Of a stretch of 24,000 nt of DNA, positions 16,529 to 24,000 are shown in pieces. Position 1 is the stretch's first letter, and each line of letters opens with the position of its first letter. The notes beneath the pieces are model-generated. The model made no database searches. It saw only the letters and a list, made by a program, of their open reading frames with translations, and was not told the origin of the DNA. The stretch spans positions 468,552 through 492,551 of the forward strand of contig NZ_LWDV01000010.1 in the NCBI RefSeq assembly GCF_001693735.1, written 5' to 3'. Position numbers and translations under genes: made by a program. Source of the DNA: Orenia metallireducens. Lineage in GTDB: Bacteria > Bacillota > Halanaerobiia > Halobacteroidales > Halobacteroidaceae.

Positions 16529-18952
16529 TTAATTTATTTTTAATTGATTACCTTTAATTAATAAATCTTTAAATTTTTCAGCTGGAAGGGGTCTACTAAA
16601 TAAATAGCCCTGTATCGATCCACAACCAAGCTTTAAGAGTTGATTTAATTGATCTTCTCTCTCTACACCTTCAGCAATTACAGAAATACCTAAGTTCTGA
16701 GCCATATCAATAATCATCTTAGCAATAGTATCATCTTTAACAATATCATCTACAAAGACTTTATCTATCTTTAATGTATCAATAGGTAGTTTCTGTAAAT
16801 AACTTAATGAACTATAACCTGTTCCAAAGTCATCAATAGCAACTGAAACCCCAAGCTCTTTAAGTAAAATTAATTTGTTGATAACTTCCTCTTCATTATT
16901 TACAGCTATACTCTCTGTTATCTCTAACTCTAAATACTTTGGATTTAATTTACTCTCCTTTAAAGCCCTTTTTACCATCTCAATAAAATCTACCTTCCCA
17001 AATTGAATATTAGATATATTTACTGCAACAACTAAAGAGGAATTAGTCATTTGATTCCATCTTCTAGTCTGCTCACATGCTTTCTTTAATACCCACTCCC
17101 CAATCGCTATAATAGATCCTGTCTCTTCTGCTAAAGGGATAAATTCTGCAGGGGAGATAAATCCTTTTTCTGGATGATTCCAACGTAATAATGATTCCAT
17201 TCCTGTAATATCTCCTGTAACTCCATTAACTTTAGGTTGATAATAAAGTTCTAACTCTTCTTCCTCTAATGCTTTAATTAACATCTCTTTTGATAGTTTA
17301 TTTCTCATGTTTAGATCATAAAATTCAAAATCATTTTTTCCTCTATTCTTAACATTATACATAGCCAAATCAGCATTATTAATCAAAAGGTCAATATCAG
17401 TTCCATCAATTGGATAAAAACTAATTCCAATACTTAAAGTAATAATCAACTCTTTTCCATTAATAGAATAAGGTTTCTTTATATTTGAAATAACCTTCTT
17501 AGCTACATCTTCTGCAAACTTATTACTTTTAATATTAGGAATAAAGATAATAAATTCATCCCCTCCAATTCGAGAACTTATACTATTTTGTGGAAGATTC
17601 TCTTTTAATCTTTTAGTAATAGCTTGTAATAATAAATCTCCTACCTCATGACCAAAAGAATCATTAATACTCTTAAATTTATCAATATCAATAAAAAAGA
17701 TAGCATTAATCTCATAATCTTTACTTGAAGATAATTGCTCTCTTACTTGCTGATAAAAATAAGATCTATTTGGCAAATTAGTTAATTCATCATGGCGTGA
17801 CTGATGAAGAATCTTTTCTTGTGATTTTTCTAAAATATCTAACATATTATTAAATTTAACCTTAATAGTTGAAAATTCGTCTTTAGATTCAATAGTAAGT
17901 CGAGTTGATAAGTCTTTACTTTTAGATATATCATTTATACCATCTATTAATAATTGCAAAGGGTTAAAGATAAATTTATTCATAAAAAACCAAGCACTTA
18001 TAAAATAAATGACTCCTACAGCTAAAATCCCACCCATAAAATATAGCATACTAAAATAACCCTGTCGGTAGATATCTTTAGTCTTACTTACCTGTAAAGT
18101 AAGGGCTGGTCTTTTATATATATCATATAAAGTTGAGTAGCCATACATATACTTATCACCTATATCTTCAGACCAAATATCCACTTTACTAATTAACTTA
18201 GAATCTATAACCTTTATTTCTTTACCTGCTTGTCTCTGTTTAAAAGCTTTCATTGTAATTTCTAAATTAGTCTGTTTTGATAATCGGTTAACCAAATCTT
18301 GATTTAAATAACGACCTATGATAAGAGCCCCACGAATTGGTCCTTTAAAATAACCCGTTATAACTGGATGAGAGGAGACCATTATATAACCTTGTGAAGT
18401 AGAGATAATCCCTGTAATATTATCAATTGGTTTTGAAAACCTAACTAAAGGTGAGCCCTTACTTATATGCTCTAATATCTCTTTATCTACAATACCTTCT
18501 TCTTTAGTCTTTAGATTAAATCCCTTTTTATAAATAACTTCTCCCTTTTTATTTACTAGAATAAAAAGGTTCCAATTATTTGTAGAAAAAGTTTCATTCA
18601 TTAAATTTTCATCTATATACTCTAAATTTTGATCCATACTAAACTTATAAGTAGCATCCCAAGCCGCATAATCCTGATTAAGAGCCTTCAATTGCAGTAA
18701 ATCTTGTTCTAACGCACCTATAATTTGCCTACTCTGTCTAACTACATCCCTTTCTTCTAACTTATAAAATTTACTTAAAAAAAGATTATAAGTTATTAAA
18801 TATACTATACCTAACATTAAACAGGTAATCATACTAAAGATAATTAATATCTTCTTATTTAATTTAGTATAATCCTCCTCAAATTTGAAAGTAGCCTTTT
18901 TCTTATTATTAAAACCCATAATCTTTTCTATTAATACTTTAAAAGACTCCAT
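16529..18952 (-). CDS. Membrane-bound CHASE4 sensor - GGDEF diguanylate cyclase - EAL phosphodiesterase
   Basis: N-terminal TM helix, a periplasmic domain with the CHASE4-like DYAAWDATYKF motif, and a second TM helix. GGDEF domain (RIGGDEF). EAL domain (ESLLRW, ELEITES, DDFGTGYSSLSYL, QGY). SD AGGGGA. Confidence 0.85.
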   Translation of the reverse strand: MESFKVLIEKIMGFNNKKKATFKFEEDYTKLNKKILIIFSMITCLMLGIVYLITYNLFLSKFYKLEERDVVRQSRQIIGALEQDLLQLKALNQDYAAWDATYKFSMDQNLEYIDENLMNETFSTNNWNLFILVNKKGEVIYKKGFNLKTKEEGIVDKEILEHISKGSPLVRFSKPIDNITGIISTSQGYIMVSSHPVITGYFKGPIRGALIIGRYLNQDLVNRLSKQTNLEITMKAFKQRQAGKEIKVIDSKLISKVDIWSEDIGDKYMYGYSTLYDIYKRPALTLQVSKTKDIYRQGYFSMLYFMGGILAVGVIYFISAWFFMNKFIFNPLQLLIDGINDISKSKDLSTRLTIESKDEFSTIKVKFNNMLDILEKSQEKILHQSRHDELTNLPNRSYFYQQVREQLSSSKDYEINAIFFIDIDKFKSINDSFGHEVGDLLLQAITKRLKENLPQNSISSRIGGDEFIIFIPNIKSNKFAEDVAKKVISNIKKPYSINGKELIITLSIGISFYPIDGTDIDLLINNADLAMYNVKNRGKNDFEFYDLNMRNKLSKEMLIKALEEEELELYYQPKVNGVTGDITGMESLLRWNHPEKGFISPAEFIPLAEETGSIIAIGEWVLKKACEQTRRWNQMTNSSLVVAVNISNIQFGKVDFIEMVKRALKESKLNPKYLELEITESIAVNNEEEVINKLILLKELGVSVAIDDFGTGYSSLSYLQKLPIDTLKIDKVFVDDIVKDDTIAKMIIDMAQNLGISVIAEGVEREDQLNQLLKLGCGSIQGYLFSRPLPAEKFKDLLIKGNQLKIN

Positions 18953-19074
18953 AATTTCATCCCCTTATTAGTTATCCTTATATTCAAAAATTCTATAAAT
19001 CTTAGCTATCCCCTTCTTTAATAATTATTAATAATTATAGCTATATTTTCAAAACCAAAATCAACTATAATTAA

Positions 19075-19104
19075 ATAAGAAAAGACAGCCACAAGGGCTG
19101 TCTC
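19075..19104 (-). terminator. Rho-independent terminator
   Basis: Stem GACAGCC / GGCTGTC with a 5-nt loop, followed on the minus strand by TTTTCTTATTT. Lies immediately after the stop of the small ORF. Confidence 0.7.
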
Positions 19105-19105
19105 T

Positions 19106-19342
19106 CTAATCTTCTTTTTTAGCTTTAATAAAGAAATCATCATCTGAATGCCCACCTTTGGTCTGACAATTGTAATTATTCTCTCTTAAGATATTTAAGA
19201 TTTCATCAGCTTGATGGGCATCTTGTCTTTCTAAGGTAATAGATAAATGCTGCCCTGCTTCCATATCAGCAGCTAGCTTTCTTAGTTTTGCCAGCTCAGC
19301 TTTAGTAATTGCTGGTCTAAAATCAAGCGAGATATATCCCAT
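19106..19342 (-). CDS. Small hypothetical protein (78 aa), possibly TusA/SirA-like fold lacking the CPxP cysteine
   Basis: ATG 19342 is preferred (AGGTGGTG SD) over 19369. The spacing LD..(no CPxP)..M.AGQ.L.I......A..I......N......G......F.IK loosely parallels TusA-type proteins. This is pattern recall only. Confidence 0.5.
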   Translation of the reverse strand: MGYISLDFRPAITKAELAKLRKLAADMEAGQHLSITLERQDAHQADEILNILRENNYNCQTKGGHSDDDFFIKAKKED

Positions 19343-19390
19343 ATCACACCACCTTAATTTAAGAGACATTTTTCCATGCCTGGCTTCAAA

Positions 19391-19579
19391 TTATATCTCT
19401 TCAATAGCATCAGTAGGGCAAGCATCAATTGCATCTTCAACCTCTGCTTCTAGCTTATCTGGTACATGTTCAGTGATTGCTATCGCTTTCTCATCATCAT
19501 CCCATTCAAAGACTGCTGGTACAGAGTTAACACACAATCCACAGCTGATACAATCATCTTTTATTACTTGTACTTTCAT
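19391..19579 (-). CDS. Single-cluster ferredoxin (4Fe-4S/3Fe-4S type)
   Basis: 62 aa, acidic, with CISCGLC...CP (CxxCxxC...CP) as in small monocluster ferredoxins. Confidence 0.8.
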   Translation of the reverse strand: MKVQVIKDDCISCGLCVNSVPAVFEWDDDEKAIAITEHVPDKLEAEVEDAIDACPTDAIEEI

Positions 19580-19711
19580 TCTATCCCATCCTTTCTCATA
19601 ATGAATTTCTCCATTAGTATTACAACTTTTTAGAACAATTATTCACTATCAACTCACAGTCTACTAACTTAATTCATAAAATAATCTAAAACTAAAAATA
19701 GGAGGGAAAGG

Positions 19712-21127
19712 ATGATTGATAAAAGTTTTTTACATAAAGTTAGAAGGGAAATTGTAGGTATTAATGCTAAAGTGCCTTTAATAGATGGACAAAAGGTAAG
19801 ATATATCAACTTTGATAATGCTGCTAGTACTCCAAGTTTCAAAAGAGTCATTTATAAAGTAAAAGAATTCTTAAGCTGGTACTCTAATGTTCACCGTGGA
19901 ACTGGCTTCAAATCTCAAATATCTACAGAAGTTTATGATGAAGTACATAATTTAGTTGCAGATTTTTTTGGTGCAGATAAAGATAATAACACTATAATCT
20001 TTGTCAAAAACACTACAGAAGCAGTTAATAAACTATCAAATAGCCTAAATCTATCACCAAGAGATATTGTTATTACAACTCCAATGGAGCATCACTCTAA
20101 TCTACTGCCTTGGCGAGATAAGTGCAAAGTAATCTATAGCAACTTAGATAAAGAAGGGAGATTAGATTTAGAGGATTTAGAGAAAAAATTAAAAAGATAT
20201 AGAAGAAAGGTAAAACTTGTTGCAATCAGTGGTGCTTCAAATGTTACTGGATATATCAATCCTATCCATAAAATCGCTAAACTCACTCATAAATATGATA
20301 GTAGAATTTTAGTTGATGCAGCCCAACTAGCACCCCACCGTCCAGTTGATATGAAAAAGTATAATGATCCCAAACATATAGATTACCTCGTCCTTTCGGC
20401 ACATAAGATGTATGCTCCCTTTGGTACAGGGGTTTTAATTGGAGCAAAGGATACCTTTGAAGGAAATAAACCAGACTATACAGGGGGAGGTACAGTAAAA
20501 GCTGTTACTTTAAAGGATGTAATCTGGGGTGATTTACCTGATAAAGAGGAAGCAGGTACCCCAAACATAGTAGGAGCATTGGCTTTAGGTGAGAGTATTA
20601 AGATGATTAATGAACTAAAGTGGCTTAAAATCATCAAAAATGAAGAATTCCTTCTCAATTATACTCTAAAGCAGCTACAAGAAATTGATGAGGTAATACT
20701 TTATGGTACAATGAATTCTGGAGAGCTAACTGAACAGGTAGGTGTTATCCCTTTTAATATCAAAGGGCTAGAAAATACTTTAGTTGCATCTATTTTAGCC
20801 AATGAATTTGGAATTGGTGTCAGAAATGGCTGCTTCTGTGCACACCCTTATATTCATCATCTGTTTGGTCTTAGTGATGAAGAGATAAAAAAAGTAAAAA
20901 ATGATATTGCCAAGGGGATTTATACCCATAAATATGGTCTGATTAGAGTCAGCTTTGGCTGCTATAATAGCCCATCAGAGGTTGACCATCTCATCTATGC
21001 TATTAAAGATATTATAGCTAGGAAGAAAGCAGGGGTGGATTTAACTGCTAATTATGAATTTGATAAAGAGAAAGCAGAATATAAACCTAAAAACAATATA
21101 AATTATGATAAATATTTTAAACTATAA
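19712..21127 (+). CDS. Class V aminotransferase-fold PLP enzyme, SufS/CsdA-like cysteine desulfurase family
   Basis: NVHRGTG motif, PLP-Lys context SAHKMYAPFGTG, and candidate catalytic Cys in VRNGCFCAHPY (compare SufS RTGHHCAQP). SD AGGAGGGAAAGG. Confidence 0.7.
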   Translation: MIDKSFLHKVRREIVGINAKVPLIDGQKVRYINFDNAASTPSFKRVIYKVKEFLSWYSNVHRGTGFKSQISTEVYDEVHNLVADFFGADKDNNTIIFVKNTTEAVNKLSNSLNLSPRDIVITTPMEHHSNLLPWRDKCKVIYSNLDKEGRLDLEDLEKKLKRYRRKVKLVAISGASNVTGYINPIHKIAKLTHKYDSRILVDAAQLAPHRPVDMKKYNDPKHIDYLVLSAHKMYAPFGTGVLIGAKDTFEGNKPDYTGGGTVKAVTLKDVIWGDLPDKEEAGTPNIVGALALGESIKMINELKWLKIIKNEEFLLNYTLKQLQEIDEVILYGTMNSGELTEQVGVIPFNIKGLENTLVASILANEFGIGVRNGCFCAHPYIHHLFGLSDEEIKKVKNDIAKGIYTHKYGLIRVSFGCYNSPSEVDHLIYAIKDIIARKKAGVDLTANYEFDKEKAEYKPKNNINYDKYFKL

Positions 21128-21223
21128 AGATAAAATAACATCTTTAAAATTAAACCTTCTTGTAATTTTTAATAAAATTAATTATAATGTTATAAAATTA
21201 ATATTGAAAGGAGGAAATCAAAG

Positions 21224-21481
21224 ATGTCTGAAAATACTACTATTATTGTCAAGCAAGAAAAAAGTGTGGGCTTATCACTTTTACTTACCTTTTTATTTGG
21301 TGGCTTAGGACTAATGTATACTTCTATAGGTTGGGGAATCTTTTGGTTCCTAGTTGATGCCGTAGCAGCAATATTTACATTTGGAATTAGTGCAATTTTT
21401 ATTCACCCCATTATTATGATTATAGGTGCTGTTATGACTAATAATTATAATAAAAGGTTGAACAATACCTATAAAAGTTAG
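21224..21481 (+). CDS. Small two-TM membrane protein of unknown function
   Basis: 85 aa with a very strong SD (GAAAGGAGGAAA) and two hydrophobic helices. The N-terminal region KSVGLSLLLTFLFGGLGLMY is vaguely TM2-domain-like. Confidence 0.5.
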   Translation: MSENTTIIVKQEKSVGLSLLLTFLFGGLGLMYTSIGWGIFWFLVDAVAAIFTFGISAIFIHPIIMIIGAVMTNNYNKRLNNTYKS

Positions 21482-21666
21482 CTATAATACCTCTAACAAA
21501 CTTATAATTTCTTATAATTAACATCACTTTATAATAAATTGGATAAAACACTCATAGATAAGTCAATAACTTCTATTTTATAAATAGTAATTAAAATTAA
21601 TTACTGTATCTCAAAGAAGTAAAACCATTTTTTAAAATAGTAAATATAACGAAACTATTATATAAT

Positions 21667-21696
21667 AAAGCTTAGCATAAATTTATGCTAAGCTTT
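21667..21696. terminator. Perfect 30-bp palindrome, probable bidirectional terminator
   Basis: AAAGCTTAGCATAAA / TTTATGCTAAGCTTT, flanked by A/T runs. Confidence 0.65.
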
Positions 21697-21780
21697 ATTA
21701 TTAAAATAATTCAGTTAATCCATTGTTTTCAATTATCTCTTTATACCAATGAGCACTTTCCTTTAGCCAAGGTTAAATTT

Positions 21781-21816
21781 AAATAAGAATTGCCTAAATT
21801 TAGACAATTCTTATTT
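21781..21816 (-). terminator. Rho-independent terminator of the PTS operon
   Basis: Arms AAATAAGAATTG / CAATTCTTATTT, located 38 nt downstream of the IIC stop. T-rich on the minus strand. Confidence 0.6.
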
Positions 21817-21853
21817 GCTGTAACTGCTTATTATCTTATAAAAATTCTTATTC

Positions 21854-22927
21854 CTAATCTAAATCAAACTCCAAATCTAACTCATCTGCCCCTTCTTCTA
21901 CCTCTGGTACCTCTTCTGTAACCTCTTTTTTCAACATATTTACCATCAAAGCACTTATTAATACACCTACTATAACAGCAACAATGAACATTAATCTATT
22001 ATCAACTACTGGTAAGACTATTGGTCCTCCATGGGGTGCATGATCTCCTACCCCACTAACAGCAGCGATTGCTCCACCTATAGCAGAACCAGTTACAATA
22101 GAAGGAATAACCCTAATTGGGTCTGCTGCAGCAAAAGGTATAGCCCCTTCAGTAATTCCTATTAACCCCATAAAAAAGGCACCTTTTCCTGCTTGGCGTT
22201 CTTGAGATGTATATTTATTTGGTGCTAAAGTTGTTGCTAGTGCCATTGCTAATGGCGGAATACAAATCGCAACAGCAATTGGACCCATAACTGTGTAAAC
22301 TCCTTGCTCAATCAGTCCAGCACCAAATAAGAATGCCGTCTTATTAATCGGTCCACCCATATCAAAAGCAATCATAGCTCCTAAAATAATTCCAAATACC
22401 ACTTGACTACCATCACTCATAGCTTTTAACCAACTTGTCAACCCAGCCATAAAGTTACTAATCGGAACACCTACTACATATTGCAATAAACTACCGACAA
22501 TAATTGTAGCCAATAGAGGAATAACGAAAATAGGCATAATAGGTCTTAAAATTTCAGGCACAGACCAACCTTTAATCCAATTTGCTACATAACCAGCAAT
22601 AATACCAGCAATAATACCACCTAAAAATCCAGCTCCAATCTGTCCAGCTAAATAACCTCCAATCATACCTGGAGCTAAACCAGGTCGATCAGCAATTGAA
22701 TAAGCTATATAACCGGCCAAGACTGGAACCATCATCGTAAATCCTGCTACACCCAAATTTAGTAAATTCTTTAACATTGGATTAGTTACATCTGCTCCTG
22801 AACCAGCCTTTACACCACTTAACATAATTGAAAAAGCAATTAATACTCCACCTGCAACAACAAAAGGAATCATATGAGATACACCAGTCATCAAATGTTG
22901 TCTAACTTCATTTAATATTTTTTTCAT
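21854..22927 (-). CDS. PTS fructose-family transporter subunit IIC
   Basis: N-terminus MKKILNEVRQHLMTGVSHMIPFVVAGGVLIA is typical of fructose-type EIIC. Polytopic, with an acidic C-tail. ATG 22927 (GGGGTG SD) is preferred to the track start at 23008. Confidence 0.85.
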   Translation of the reverse strand: MKKILNEVRQHLMTGVSHMIPFVVAGGVLIAFSIMLSGVKAGSGADVTNPMLKNLLNLGVAGFTMMVPVLAGYIAYSIADRPGLAPGMIGGYLAGQIGAGFLGGIIAGIIAGYVANWIKGWSVPEILRPIMPIFVIPLLATIIVGSLLQYVVGVPISNFMAGLTSWLKAMSDGSQVVFGIILGAMIAFDMGGPINKTAFLFGAGLIEQGVYTVMGPIAVAICIPPLAMALATTLAPNKYTSQERQAGKGAFFMGLIGITEGAIPFAAADPIRVIPSIVTGSAIGGAIAAVSGVGDHAPHGGPIVLPVVDNRLMFIVAVIVGVLISALMVNMLKKEVTEEVPEVEEGADELDLEFDLD

Positions 22928-23019
22928 GATTACACCCCTTTTATCAGATTTAAAATATATTTTTCTAAAGATAAAATTGTCATAATATTCTAAGATTTCA
23001 AACATCAATAATTAGACTG

Positions 23020-23275
23020 TTAATTAATATCAAATTCCAATTCTAACTCTACCTCTTCTAAATTTTCTTCAATTAAATCCTCATTAGTGAAAAGAGTTAA
23101 CCCTGCAATACCCATATCAGATATATCTTTTAATATTTCACTATCAGGTACAGCACCTTTTCCACTAAGCATTACTGCCAATGATAAAAGTACCCCTCCA
23201 GCTACGATAAATGGAATCATGTGACTTGTTCCTGTTAAAAGATGCTTTTTCAAATCAAAAAACGCTTTTTTTCAT
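23020..23275 (-). pseudogene. Frameshifted, internally deleted duplicate of the PTS IIC gene
   Basis: Same RBS context (GGTGTAAT..ATGAAAAAA) as the intact gene. It reads ATG AAA AAA AGC GTT TTT TGA. Removing one T of the T6 run (23257-23262) restores MKKSVFDLKKHLLTGTSHMIPFIVAGGVL. Only about 60 N-terminal residues and the acidic tail (EEVELELEFDIN vs DELDLEFDLD) remain. Confidence 0.7.
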
Positions 23276-23303
23276 AAAATTACACCTCTACTTAATTTAT
23301 ATT

Positions 23304-23405
23304 TAGGCTATTGAATAAATCAAACTAATTTAACCTTATAACCTTATTAAATATATCAATATCACTTATTTTTATTAAATATTTTCTAATTTGTTCAATA
23401 GCCTA
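23304..23405. repeat. Inverted repeat (17-bp arms, 68-bp spacer) between PTS IIB and the IIC remnant
   Basis: TAGGCTATTGAATAAAT (23304-23320) pairs with ATTTGTTCAATAGCCTA (23389-23405), 16/17 complementary. The inner sequence carries the tandem AACCTTAT AACCTTAT. Confidence 0.5.
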
Positions 23406-23490
23406 GTTAACAATTATATAGAGGATTTCATAATTACTATATTACTTATTCTTAAAAAAACAGATATTATATTATAAAATCCTCAAAATT

Positions 23491-23802
23491 TTATTCTTCA
23501 AACTCTTGAATTATCTTATCAATAATTTGATCAGAATGCTTAATCGCTTTTTGGACATCAAGTTTTAACTTTGGCATACTTTTAAACCTTTCTGGTTTAG
23601 AAATATTAACATCTGCTGCTATTATTACTGCTACAGCCTCTTTTACATCCTCTTCAGTAATCTGGTTTTCAATACCAATTGAACCTTGTGTCTCTACCTT
23701 AATCTCTACTCCTTTTTTCTTAGCACTCTTTTCTAATGACTCTGCTGCCAAATAGGTATGTGCTACTCCTGTAGGGCATGCTGTAACTGCTAAAATCTTC
23801 AT
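23491..23802 (-). CDS. PTS fructose-family transporter subunit IIB
   Basis: MKILAVTACPTGVAHTYLAAE carries the phospho-Cys in the CPTG(I/V)AHT motif. 103 aa. Confidence 0.85.
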   Translation of the reverse strand: MKILAVTACPTGVAHTYLAAESLEKSAKKKGVEIKVETQGSIGIENQITEEDVKEAVAVIIAADVNISKPERFKSMPKLKLDVQKAIKHSDQIIDKIIQEFEE

Positions 23803-23824
23803 TTATACCACTCCCTTTAATTAT

Positions 23825-24000
23825 TTATTGTTGAAACAATTTAGATAAAGTATCATTAACATCCTCTGCATTTTGAGCAGACATTAAACTATCTTTAAAC
23901 TCTTCATTTAACAAATTTCTAGATAAAGTTGATAAGATCTTTAAATGCTCGTTTGTCTCGCTCTTATCTGGAACAGCCAATAAAAATACCAATTTTACTG
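23825..24000 (-). CDS. PTS EIIA (fructose/mannitol/Ntr type-2), 3' part only, truncated by window edge
   Basis: Not in the ORF track because no start lies in the window. The minus frame gives ...VFLLAVPDKSETNEHLKILSTLSRNLLNEEFKDSLMSAQNAEDVNDTLSKLFQQ*, typical of a PTS_EIIA_2 C-terminus. Stop at 23825-23827. Confidence 0.7.
   Translation of the reverse strand, partial: VKLVFLLAVPDKSETNEHLKILSTLSRNLLNEEFKDSLMSAQNAEDVNDTLSKLFQQ

Noticed and set aside
21105-21308. 67-aa plus-strand ORF overlapping the 3' end of the PLP enzyme gene and the start of the small membrane protein gene.
   Set aside because: It has no SD and spans an intergenic region and a strong RBS belonging to the 21224 gene. The peptide is a low-complexity, AT-driven translation.
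21701-21772. Start-less 23-codon minus-strand frame (PWLKESAHWYKEIIENNGLTELF*) sandwiched between two terminator hairpins. It could be the 3' remnant of a lost gene downstream of the PTS operon.
   Set aside because: It is too short, has no start and has no recognisable family. It cannot be distinguished from chance without a TBLASTN search.
23020-23253. The ORF-track 77-aa product treated as a genuine small PTS-related protein.
   Set aside because: Its TTG start has no SD. The real RBS and ATG lie 22 nt upstream in another frame and hit a stop after 6 codons. The sequence is an N-terminus plus tail fusion of the neighbouring IIC gene, so I call it a pseudogene.
1-24000. Search for a novel defence, toxin-antitoxin, phage, secretion or biosynthetic system, as hinted by the task.
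   Set aside because: Every ORF of 60 aa or more is accounted for by housekeeping, transport or signalling families, or is a shadow ORF. The only mobile-type gene is a single Rpn-family ORF. I see no multi-gene cassette of unknown function, so I do not claim one.

Overview
Low-GC (about 30-35%) bacterial chromosome segment with strong Shine-Dalgarno sites and frequent TTG/GTG starts; a Clostridia/Halanaerobiales-like anaerobe is my guess only. The content is mostly housekeeping and lies mainly on the minus strand. Features, in order: Zn-alcohol dehydrogenase, a CPBP-like membrane protein, a DUF4397 protein, flavin reductase plus 4-OT tautomerase, a Na/Pi cotransporter, and DAHP synthase (aroF) behind a clear T-box leader with a probable Phe specifier. 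Next is a complete BioC/BioH-type biotin cluster arranged bioB | bioH-bioC-bioF-bioD | 430-bp spacer | bioA, with two BirA-type operators. It is followed by an Rpn/TIGR01784 nuclease-transposase-like gene, queG, a CHASE4-GGDEF-EAL protein, a small protein plus ferredoxin divergent from a SufS-like PLP enzyme, and a fructose-type PTS operon (IIA partial, IIB, IIC remnant, IIC). I found no defence island, CRISPR array, toxin-antitoxin pair, phage module or any convincing novel multi-gene system. Points worth a second look: (1) a MITE-like family of GC-rich intergenic elements with about 17-bp terminal inverted repeats, three copies, all at operon boundaries; (2) queG, whose conserved N-terminus lies upstream of any ATG/GTG/TTG and probably starts at ATT; (3) an unexplained 430-bp repeat-bearing non-coding spacer inside the bio cluster; (4) a frameshifted, internally deleted tandem duplicate of the PTS IIC gene; (5) a 16-bp direct repeat flanking the Rpn gene that overlaps a BirA operator half-site. 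All calls come from reading the sequence and recalling family motifs; no database search was run.
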